From assembly GCA_963600825.1 (NCBI GenBank), contig CAVCCW010000001.1:4841-68840 (forward strand): a DNA stretch of 64,000 nt, given 5' to 3'. Positions 26,622-34,048 of the stretch are shown here, in pieces (the stretch's first letter is position 1; the number at the start of each line of letters is the position of its first letter). The notes under the pieces were generated by a model. It had not been told where the DNA came from, did not search any database, and worked only from the letters and a program-made list of their open reading frames with translations. Made by a program: the position numbers and the translations under genes. Origin of the DNA: Bacteroidaceae bacterium (lineage in GTDB: Bacteria; Bacillota; Clostridia; Oscillospirales; Acutalibacteraceae).

Positions 26622-28083
26622 GGTTAAGACTCAATTCTGCCAGAACCTTGGTCAAAAGGGAATAAAAGCGGGCTAAGGAATCCAGCGGCATTTTTTCATC
26701 TGGGGTGTGGACGTGGAATAAATCAGGGCCGACGGACACGGCATCCAGGCCGTCCATGGCGCTGACCAGCAGGCCGGTTTCCAGGCCGGCGTGTAAGGCT
26801 TCTACCTTCATGTTCTTTCCGAACAGGGATTGGTATGTGGAAAGGATGCAGTCCCGGAGCGGGGATACTTCCTGGTACGCCCAGCCGGGATACCGGCCGG
26901 AAACCTCCATGGTGAAGCCGAAGGCTTCCGCAGCAAGGCGGATGCGGTTTAAAGCTTCTTCTTCCAGGGAGTCCACGGAGCTGCGGGCCATGCAGGCGTA
27001 GGTGCAGCTGGCATCATCTGTACGAACAATTCCTAAGTTGGAAGAGGAAACAACCGCGCCGTCCAGCTGCGAATTCCGTGAAAGGACGCCATTCGGCGTC
27101 AGCAGAATGGCGCTGGCAAGGGCCTGCCCGTCGGCCGCTGTCATGGCATAGACCTGGCGGTCTTCCTGAAGGCAGAAGTGGAATTTAAAGTCCGGTTCCT
27201 GCGGACGGATTTCGTCATGATAGTTGTTGCGTAAATGCTCCAGCATGGCAATGGCACGGTCTGCGGAGTCCGAGGTGCGGTACAGCACCGTGGCGGAGCA
27301 CTCCCGCGGAATGGCATTGTCCATGCCGCCACCGTTAAAGTCAACCAACTGAACGTAAGGATTGTCGGCAAAGAGGTTGGACAAGGTACGAGCCATTAAC
27401 AGAATGGCGTTGCAGTGGTTTAAGTCTATGTCTGTTCCGGAGTGGCCGCCCAGCAGGCCCTCAATGGTAATGCTGATGAGGAAGCCCTGCGCTTCATGGC
27501 GCCGAATGGCGCGGGTGGTGTCTACTCTTGCACCGCCGGCGGAACCGACAACGCAGATGCCTTCTTCTTCGGAGTCCAGATTGATTAACTGGGTGCTTTT
27601 TAGCCAGGTGGGACTTACTTTGGAAGCACCAAGCAACCCGATTTCTTCTCCTGTGGTAAACAGGCATTCCAGTGGCGGATGGGTTATCTCTTTGTCTTCC
27701 AGAATGGCCAGCATCATGGCCACGGCAATGCCGTCGTCTGCTCCAAGGGTGGTTCCGTTGGCGGTCAAAGCGCCGTCCTGAATTTGCAATTCAATGCCGT
27801 CGGTTTGAAAGTCATGGGAACAGGTGGATAATTTTTCACAGACCATATCCATGTGTCCTTGCAGTGCAAGGAATGGAGCGGTTTCTCCGCCGTTTTGGCC
27901 CGGTTTGCGAATCAGCACATTCAGGGCTTCGTCCTGCATGGCTTCCAATCCATGGTCCTTTGCAAACTGCATCAGAAAATTGCTGATGCCGGCTTCGTTT
28001 CCGGAGCCTCTTGGGATGGCAGAAATCTGTTCAAAAAAAGATAAAACATTGGCCGGTTCCCGTCCGGCGAATAAGTCTGTCAT
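26611..28083 (-). CDS. pepD: aminoacyl-histidine dipeptidase (M20 family, PepD-like)
   Basis: 490 aa with PepD-type N-terminus (..FEQISAIPRGSGNE..), HMDMV metal site and GEEIGLLGA motif. Confidence 0.85.
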   Translation of the reverse strand: MTDLFAGREPANVLSFFEQISAIPRGSGNEAGISNFLMQFAKDHGLEAMQDEALNVLIRKPGQNGGETAPFLALQGHMDMVCEKLSTCSHDFQTDGIELQIQDGALTANGTTLGADDGIAVAMMLAILEDKEITHPPLECLFTTGEEIGLLGASKVSPTWLKSTQLINLDSEEEGICVVGSAGGARVDTTRAIRRHEAQGFLISITIEGLLGGHSGTDIDLNHCNAILLMARTLSNLFADNPYVQLVDFNGGGMDNAIPRECSATVLYRTSDSADRAIAMLEHLRNNYHDEIRPQEPDFKFHFCLQEDRQVYAMTAADGQALASAILLTPNGVLSRNSQLDGAVVSSSNLGIVRTDDASCTYACMARSSVDSLEEEALNRIRLAAEAFGFTMEVSGRYPGWAYQEVSPLRDCILSTYQSLFGKNMKVEALHAGLETGLLVSAMDGLDAVSVGPDLFHVHTPDEKMPLDSLARFYSLLTKVLAELSLNHGH

Positions 28084-28117
28084 AGTGTCTAATGCCTTCT
28101 TTTAAGTGGTGTATGGA

Positions 28118-29287
28118 TTAAAAGGAAAGGGTATTGACCTTTTCTGTTAATTCTATAATTTGATCCCGGTAAAACGCAATCAGTGCCGGGCCTTCCGGCT
28201 GGTTCTGCAGGCGGCGGATAGAGCGCCGCAGTAACCGGGTATAACCAAGCAATTTTGCTTTGTTTTCCTCTTCTTCTAAAATAACCGGATCCTTGGTTTC
28301 GAAGTATTCTTCCAGGGTTCGTTTCCAGAAAGTACCGGCAAGTTCCCATGGAATGCCAAGAAATTCGTCAGTTACGCTGTGGTTCAGTGCAGAAAATCCG
28401 CGGAATGCATTAAAGATAGAGGCAAAGTCAAAGACCGGAGCGCCGTAAGACAGCGTGTCCATATCAATCAGGATGGGTTCTCCGTTCTGGAGCATGACGT
28501 TGCGGGTATGGTAATCTCCGTGGATCAGATGGTGATCTTCCGGAATGGCTTGTACCAGGGCATGTAATTTTTCCCAGGTTTCTGCCGGAAGGTGCTCCTT
28601 CAGGAAGTCTACCCAACCCATAACCACGGCTTTTTCATCTGGAAAATCTTCCGGGGAAACTTCGGTGGCATGGATTTGTTTTAACAGACGCACAAAAACC
28701 TGTAAATAGTCTTCCAGGTTTTCCGGATGGGCCTTTAACAGTTTACTAAGGGATTTGGCGGACAGCAGTTCAAAAACAGAACCGTAGCTGTTGCCGACTT
28801 TTACTACATCGTACGGGATGGCGGTATTAATGCCGGATACAAAGGCTTTGCGAGCCAGCTCCCGCTCATTTTGAATTTCCGGAAGTGCATCCGGATTGCG
28901 ATATACTTTGACAACGGTTTCCGGGTCAATCCGGTAAACCAGGCCGTTGGAGCCCTGACCGATTAACGTACAGCCTTCTACAGACAACTGGCGATACGCT
29001 TTTTGTACGGGCAGCATTTCCGTAAAACCGGTCATTTCCAAAATGTCATACACTTCAGGGGAAGCGTTGATTATTTGCAAATCCGGATGATCCTTCCGGA
29101 GACGCAGTATAACACGCAGTCCGGCACTGGAAATGTAAACCAGGGCTTCGGCGTCCAGAATATAGGAAAGGCCCGGATTAGCATCTATGACCTTTTTGCA
29201 GTCTGCTTCCACAGCGGCAGCGTTATTGGTGTCAATGCGCCCTTCCAGGCAGAGGTAGAGGGTATCGTTTTCCTGATAGGTTTTCAT
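28118..29287 (-). CDS. STAS domain fused to a protein-kinase-like (APH/ePK-fold) domain
   Basis: aa 1-95: STAS with VYISSAGLRVIL. aa ~105-389: Gly loop IGQGSNGLVY, VVKVY lysine, catalytic HGDYHTRN and metal-binding IDMD. Confidence 0.7.
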   Translation of the reverse strand: MKTYQENDTLYLCLEGRIDTNNAAAVEADCKKVIDANPGLSYILDAEALVYISSAGLRVILRLRKDHPDLQIINASPEVYDILEMTGFTEMLPVQKAYRQLSVEGCTLIGQGSNGLVYRIDPETVVKVYRNPDALPEIQNERELARKAFVSGINTAIPYDVVKVGNSYGSVFELLSAKSLSKLLKAHPENLEDYLQVFVRLLKQIHATEVSPEDFPDEKAVVMGWVDFLKEHLPAETWEKLHALVQAIPEDHHLIHGDYHTRNVMLQNGEPILIDMDTLSYGAPVFDFASIFNAFRGFSALNHSVTDEFLGIPWELAGTFWKRTLEEYFETKDPVILEEEENKAKLLGYTRLLRRSIRRLQNQPEGPALIAFYRDQIIELTEKVNTLSF

Positions 29288-29313
29288 AAACGGGGCGTCC
29301 TTCCTGACATAAA

Positions 29314-29877
29314 TTAGTCGTGATGAAAGATTTCGTGCACCAGCTGCAGGTATTCCTGATAGGCATCGGTATCTGCCAGTTGGTTTGTATATTCTGCAAT
29401 GCTCTCATAATACCATTGTTGCATGGCAGGGTCCTTTTGGTTGAAGTGTGCCCACAGGGCATCTCCTTCCGCGCGGTAGGAGCGGGCGTAGGAGCGGAGA
29501 TTGGCAAGCTTGTCACTAAGCCATAAAATTTTGATGTCTCTGTCAGTGGTCTGCTTTAAATCCTGTAAGGATTCCTTTTTCCGGATTTGCCAGGTGTCTT
29601 CCGGCGGGCGGTCCTGCCGCTTGTCTTCCGTTTCACTCTTGACCAGTTCATAAACGCGTGGGCCGAATTTTTCCTGGATTTCTTCCAGGGAGACACCGGC
29701 GTCTTCTACTACATCGTGGAGAACGGCGGCAGCCAACAACTCCTGATTATTGGAAATAGTGGATGCAATGGAAGCAACCTCCAGCGGATGAAGAATGTAT
29801 GGGGAATAGGAAAGTTTTCGTGTCATGCCGGCATGCTTTTCCGTGGCAAAGTAAATTGCCTGATCTAATAAATCCAT
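29314..29877 (-). CDS. HD-domain protein, RelA/SpoT-type (p)ppGpp hydrolase-like (small alarmone hydrolase-like)
   Basis: 187 aa. ..EKHAG..R....PYILHPLEVA....AAAVLHDVVEDAGVSLEEIQEKFG..V..LV matches the SpoT/Mesh1 hydrolase core. No synthetase domain. Confidence 0.7.
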   Translation of the reverse strand: MDLLDQAIYFATEKHAGMTRKLSYSPYILHPLEVASIASTISNNQELLAAAVLHDVVEDAGVSLEEIQEKFGPRVYELVKSETEDKRQDRPPEDTWQIRKKESLQDLKQTTDRDIKILWLSDKLANLRSYARSYRAEGDALWAHFNQKDPAMQQWYYESIAEYTNQLADTDAYQEYLQLVHEIFHHD

Positions 29878-29887
29878 AAGTCTGCTG

Positions 29888-31915
29888 TCAAATCCTTTTC
29901 TGTAAAGTTAAGATATTCTGACCGTCTTTTTGCTGGTAGGACAAGTCATCCATGGTTTTCTTAACCAGGAAGATGCCGAGTCCGCCAACGGTACGGTCTT
30001 CTGCACTCTGACTGAGGTCCGGTTCATCCCGATCTAACGGGTTAAAAGGAATGCCGCTGTCTGTAAATTGCAGACTGAAGACGCCGTCTTTGTAGCGGGT
30101 TCCCAATGTAATATTTCCGGATTGCCCAATATAAGCATAGTGCGCAATGTTTACGAAGACCTCTTCTGCTGCAAGGGAAATTTGCATGGCGTCTTTGGGA
30201 CTGCAGGGGGTCTTTTCCAACGCCTGCTCTACAAAGGCAATGGCGGAGGCCAGTTCCGCATCCGAGGCGGGGAAGGTTTGTTCGGAGAAGTCTGTATTAT
30301 GGGCGGCTTTGCGGAATTCCATCAGGAGCATGGTAATGTCGTCAAACTGTGCAGCGTTTCCGGCAAAGGTGGCCAGTTCCTGCCGCAGGTTCAGAAGGAG
30401 ATCATAAATGTCATCTCCGCCGTGCTGTGTCAGATAGGCGGAAAGCCGATCCGGTCCATACAGTTCATTGGCTTCATTCATGGTTTCAGTAACACCGTCG
30501 GTGTATAAGAACAACCGGTCTCCCGGATTCATGTGCATGGTGCCCAGTTTGTATTTCATTCCGTCCATGGCACCAAGCACCAGGCCTGGACGATTCTTCA
30601 CATACCGGAAAACACCGTCTTTCTGCCGGAGCAGTGGCGGGGTATGACCGGCATTGGCATAATGCAGTTCGCCGGTTTCCAAATCCAAAACGCCCATCCA
30701 CGCGGTAACAAAGTATCCGGTGTCATTGCCTTCACACAAAGTGTGGTTCATCCGTGTAAAGACTTCATTCGGTTCCAGCCCGGATTGGGCGTGATTCTTC
30801 ATTAAAATTTTGGCAATGACCATGAACAGGGCAGCGGGAACGCCCTTGCCGGAAACGTCTCCAACTGCAATTGCCAGGTGTTTCTGGTCTACCATATACA
30901 TATCATAAAAGTCACCACCGACCTCTTTGGCCGGTTCCATGGTGGCAAAAATGGAAAACTCATCATGCTCCGGGAACGGAGGGAAAATATTTGGCAGCAT
31001 GTTGGCCTGAATGTCCGTGGCAATGCTGAGCTCGGCGCTAATCCGTTCTTTTTCCTTTAGAGAGTCCACCATCTGGTTAATGCTGTTGCCGATGTGCCCC
31101 AGCTCATCTTTGGAGTTCATTTCCAACGGCTCTTCCGGGAATTCGCCGGAGCCGACTTCGTCCAGATAAGAATCTATGCGGGCCAGGCTTTTGCTCCATT
31201 TTGCCGTGCGATTCAGAATTAAGGCAAAGGCCAAAAGTAACATGATTCCAAGGAGCAATAACAGTCCCTGTTTCAGATTCTTGGTGGCATTTTCCAGTTC
31301 GGAAACTTCCCGGCCGGCTACCAGAATGCCAATGGTGTTGCCTTCGGCATCATAAATACAATGGTAATAACAGTAAACCATATTTCCTGCTGCATTGGCC
31401 TGGCCGGAGAAGTAGCCGTCTTTGTCCAGCGTATCAGCAACGGTCTTATCAATATAAGTGCCAACGATAACTTTACCGTTCATATCTTTAGCAGAACCGG
31501 CAACGCGGATATAGTGCCCTTGCTGATATCCTGTTTTCTTGTCTCCGACCCAGGTTAGTTCGTCATCATTGTCGGTTTTCATGAACACATAGGAAAAGGA
31601 CCCGGTTTTTTGCTGTAATTTCTGGAACGGTTCGGTGTTGGCGTCTTCCAGGGTTCCGTTGCCAAGACGAACGGTTCCTTTATAAATGTAACCGTCCTGA
31701 ATGGACCAGTCCCCTTCACCAATTAAATCAGAAAGGTATTCCAGGTTAGATTGCAACTGCTCGGTCATGAGTTCTTTTTCCTGCTGGTCTACCACATAGG
31801 TAACTGCAATGGAAATACTGGTATACAGAATGGCGCCGCAGATCAGAACAATCAGAAGCACTTTGGACGCCACAGTATGCAATTTAAAGAAGGATTTTAA
31901 TTTCTCTTTGTTCAT
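29888..31915 (-). CDS. membrane sensor: TM / Cache-like / TM / HAMP / PP2C (SpoIIE) phosphatase / RsbW-type HATPase kinase fusion
   Basis: 675 aa with two TM helices flanking a ~190-aa periplasmic-type domain. PP2C motifs GGDFYD, GDVSGKG, YTDGVTE, FDDITML. C-terminal N-box EEVFVNIAHYAY, DSGIPFNP, GGLGIFL. Confidence 0.8.
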   Translation of the reverse strand: MNKEKLKSFFKLHTVASKVLLIVLICGAILYTSISIAVTYVVDQQEKELMTEQLQSNLEYLSDLIGEGDWSIQDGYIYKGTVRLGNGTLEDANTEPFQKLQQKTGSFSYVFMKTDNDDELTWVGDKKTGYQQGHYIRVAGSAKDMNGKVIVGTYIDKTVADTLDKDGYFSGQANAAGNMVYCYYHCIYDAEGNTIGILVAGREVSELENATKNLKQGLLLLLGIMLLLAFALILNRTAKWSKSLARIDSYLDEVGSGEFPEEPLEMNSKDELGHIGNSINQMVDSLKEKERISAELSIATDIQANMLPNIFPPFPEHDEFSIFATMEPAKEVGGDFYDMYMVDQKHLAIAVGDVSGKGVPAALFMVIAKILMKNHAQSGLEPNEVFTRMNHTLCEGNDTGYFVTAWMGVLDLETGELHYANAGHTPPLLRQKDGVFRYVKNRPGLVLGAMDGMKYKLGTMHMNPGDRLFLYTDGVTETMNEANELYGPDRLSAYLTQHGGDDIYDLLLNLRQELATFAGNAAQFDDITMLLMEFRKAAHNTDFSEQTFPASDAELASAIAFVEQALEKTPCSPKDAMQISLAAEEVFVNIAHYAYIGQSGNITLGTRYKDGVFSLQFTDSGIPFNPLDRDEPDLSQSAEDRTVGGLGIFLVKKTMDDLSYQQKDGQNILTLQKRI

Positions 31916-31933
31916 GGTGCGTCCTTCCTTGTC

Positions 31934-32230
31934 TTAAACAATGGTAAGAATGTCCGAAAAGCCGGTCATATCCAAAATGTCCCGGACGGTGCTGTTGACA
32001 TGGGTCAGAGTTAAGGAACCGCTCCCGGCAAGCTGCTTTTGTGCTGTCAGCAAAACACGCAATCCGGCAGAGGAAATATAATCCGATTCTGCAAAATCCA
32101 AAACCAGTTGATTGCTCTTTTCCAAAGCACGGTTAATTGCTGCGGAAAGCTCCGGGGAGGAAAGAGTGTCTAATCGCCCGGAAAGGGCAAGGGCAATGGT
32201 GGCTCCGTTTTCCGTTACAACGATGTTCAT
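31934..32230 (-). CDS. STAS-domain anti-sigma-factor-antagonist-like protein (RsbV/SpoIIAA family)
   Basis: 98 aa with conserved DYISSAGLRVLL phosphorylation motif and C-terminal DILDMTGF. AAAGGAG RBS. Confidence 0.85.
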   Translation of the reverse strand: MNIVVTENGATIALALSGRLDTLSSPELSAAINRALEKSNQLVLDFAESDYISSAGLRVLLTAQKQLAGSGSLTLTHVNSTVRDILDMTGFSDILTIV

Positions 32231-32284
32231 GCTGGTCCGACTCCTTTCGGTTTTGTCTGCAATTCTTATACCAAATTAAGTCTT

Positions 32285-32290
32285 ATTATA
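32285..32290 (-). promoter_or_regulatory. candidate -10 box (TATAAT) for the STAS operon
   Basis: A perfect TATAAT on the minus strand, about 55 nt upstream of the STAS ATG and downstream of the tRNA terminator. The -35 is not convincing. Confidence 0.35.
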
Positions 32291-32322
32291 AAGCAGTAAC
32301 TGAAACAAGAAAAGAAAAAAAT

Positions 32323-32357
32323 AAAGACCACGCAACTAACATAGTTGCGTGGTCTTT
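32323..32357 (-). terminator. intrinsic terminator after the tRNA pair
   Basis: 16-bp stem AAAGACCACGCAACTA/TAGTTGCGTGGTCTTT followed on the minus strand by a T-run. Confidence 0.8.
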
Positions 32358-32359
32358 TG

Positions 32360-32434
32360 TGGTGACCCGGACGGGAATCGAACCCGTGTTACCGCCGTGA
32401 AAGGGCGGTGTCTTAACCGCTTGACCACCGGGCC
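32360..32434 (-). tRNA. tRNA-Glu (anticodon UUC), CCA encoded
   Basis: Reverse complement GGCCCGGTGGTCAAGCGGTTAAGACACCGCCCTTTCACGGCGGTAACACGGGTTCGATTCCCGTCCGGGTCACCA folds as a cloverleaf. Near-identical to Bacillus tRNA-Glu. Confidence 0.92.
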
Positions 32435-32437
32435 ATT

Positions 32438-32514
32438 TGGTAGCGGGAGTAGGATTTGAACCAACGACACCCCGGGTATGAACCGAGTGCTCTAGCCAAC
32501 TGAGCTATCCCGCC
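32438..32514 (-). tRNA. tRNA-Met (anticodon CAU; elongator type most likely, Ile2-lysidine not excluded), CCA encoded
   Basis: Reverse complement GGCGGGATAGCTCAGTTGGCTAGAGCACTCGGTTCATACCCGGGGTGTCGTTGGTTCAAATCCTACTCCCGCTACCA. Anticodon loop TTCATAC. One U-U mismatch in the T stem. Confidence 0.85.
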
Positions 32515-32533
32515 ATGTGTTAAAGCAAGAGTC

Positions 32534-32563
32534 ATTATAACGGAATCATATATGACTTGTCAA
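32534..32563 (-). promoter_or_regulatory. near-consensus sigma-A promoter for the tRNA-Met/tRNA-Glu unit
   Basis: TTGACA, 18-nt spacer, TATAAT on the minus strand. The -10 ends about 19 nt before the mature tRNA-Met 5' end. Confidence 0.6.
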
Positions 32564-32580
32564 CACTTTTTTTGTGTTCT

Positions 32581-33240
32581 TTAGCCATTCGGCAAAAGAA
32601 GGCTTTTTAGCTCCTGTGGAGAGTGTGCAATGGCGTCGGCTCCGGCGGTAAGGAGCTCCTGCTCCGAGCCAAAGCCGTAGGTGACGCCAATGGCGCTGAC
32701 ACCGGCTTTTTTTCCGCCGGTAACGTCATAATGACGGTCTCCAACCATGCAGATGTCCGGGCCGGCAGATAAGTTTAGCTGTGCCAGGGCACAGCCGACC
32801 AAATACGTTTTGTCGGCATTCTTGTTATGCAGCTCCGGGCCGATGACGGCGTCCAGCAAATCGTCAATGCCGACAAACGGTACGGCCATCTGCAAAAAGT
32901 GGAGCGGCTTGGAAGACGTTACGGCGGTTTTAATACCGGCCGCCTTCAGCGCCTCCAGTAACTCCCGGATGCCGGGGTACAAATCTAATTCAAAGACCCC
33001 CTGCTTCTGATAGTACACACGGTATAAATCTACCAGCTCCGAAGTCAGGGGCTCTTCTGTGCCGTAAACATGGGAATAACCATCATATAAAGGTGGACCG
33101 ATAAAGTAATTCAGACCTGCTGGATCGCCTACGGGAATGCCCTTTTCCGCCAAAGAAAAACGGATGGCATTTTTAATGCCCCGCTCCGTGTTGGCTATGG
33201 TGCCATCAAAATCAAAGAATACTGCGCGAACCGCCTGCAT
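32581..33240 (-). CDS. HAD-family hydrolase (phosphoglycolate phosphatase-like)
   Basis: FFDFDGTIANTE motif I, TSS motif II and GDRHYD motif IV. Start set at the ATG behind an AGGAGG RBS; the track ORF extends to 33294. Confidence 0.8.
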   Translation of the reverse strand: MQAVRAVFFDFDGTIANTERGIKNAIRFSLAEKGIPVGDPAGLNYFIGPPLYDGYSHVYGTEEPLTSELVDLYRVYYQKQGVFELDLYPGIRELLEALKAAGIKTAVTSSKPLHFLQMAVPFVGIDDLLDAVIGPELHNKNADKTYLVGCALAQLNLSAGPDICMVGDRHYDVTGGKKAGVSAIGVTYGFGSEQELLTAGADAIAHSPQELKSLLLPNG

Positions 33241-33305
33241 GGAACCCCTCCTTTGCTGTTGTTCATTATACTGTAAGAATGGTATAATCAGCAACGGTGA
33301 TTCTC

Positions 33306-34037
33306 ATGACTGAAACAACCAGGCAGAGTCGGATTATTTTCCTGGACGAGGTACGCGGCTTCTGCATCTTATGCATGATTCTGTATCATGCACTTCTTTT
33401 GTTAGATCAGTTTTTCTCTGTGCAAATAGCAGCCACGCTTTGGCACTGGTTGTCTTATATTCAGCCGCTTTATGTTATTGCATTTGTGGTTATCAGCGGC
33501 ATCAGCTCCCGCCTGAGTCATTCCAACTGGAAGCGGGGTCTGAAGCTGGCGGTTATTAGTGTTCTTATTACTGTTGTAACGGTGCCGGTGGCGCACGCCG
33601 TTCACTTTCATGGAATGGAAGATTATTTTGGTATCCTGCACTGTCTGGCGGGTTGCATTCTGCTTTTTGCTGCCGCGGAGGGCTTGCTGGCCAGGGTGAA
33701 GCCGGAGATAGGCGTTGCGGTTTGCCTTGTTCTTTACGGCGTCAGTACCCTGCTTTTCCCCATGACTCTGGATAGCTGCACGAACGCACTCTTCTGGCTT
33801 GGAATCCATAATACGGATTTTGTTTCCATGGATTATTGTCCTTTGTTGCCGCTGGTGTTCCCGTTTTTCTTGGGAACCTTTCTTGGCGTTTTTGTAAAAG
33901 CCGGACGGATTCCTGACTGGACGTACCGTTCTCATGTTCCCTTTTTTGCTTTTACCGGCCGTCATTCACTTTGGATTTACTTGTTGCATGTACCTATTCT
34001 TTACGGCCTGTTTACGCTTTACTTTAAACTGTTTTAA
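33306..34037 (+). CDS. DUF1624 / heparan-alpha-glucosaminide N-acetyltransferase-like membrane protein
   Basis: R..FLDEVRGF.I..M..YH N-terminal signature and about 8 TM helices. The start is ambiguous (GTG 33297 or ATG 33306). Confidence 0.6.
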   Translation: MTETTRQSRIIFLDEVRGFCILCMILYHALLLLDQFFSVQIAATLWHWLSYIQPLYVIAFVVISGISSRLSHSNWKRGLKLAVISVLITVVTVPVAHAVHFHGMEDYFGILHCLAGCILLFAAAEGLLARVKPEIGVAVCLVLYGVSTLLFPMTLDSCTNALFWLGIHNTDFVSMDYCPLLPLVFPFFLGTFLGVFVKAGRIPDWTYRSHVPFFAFTGRHSLWIYLLHVPILYGLFTLYFKLF

Positions 34038-34048
34038 GGAGTTTTCCC

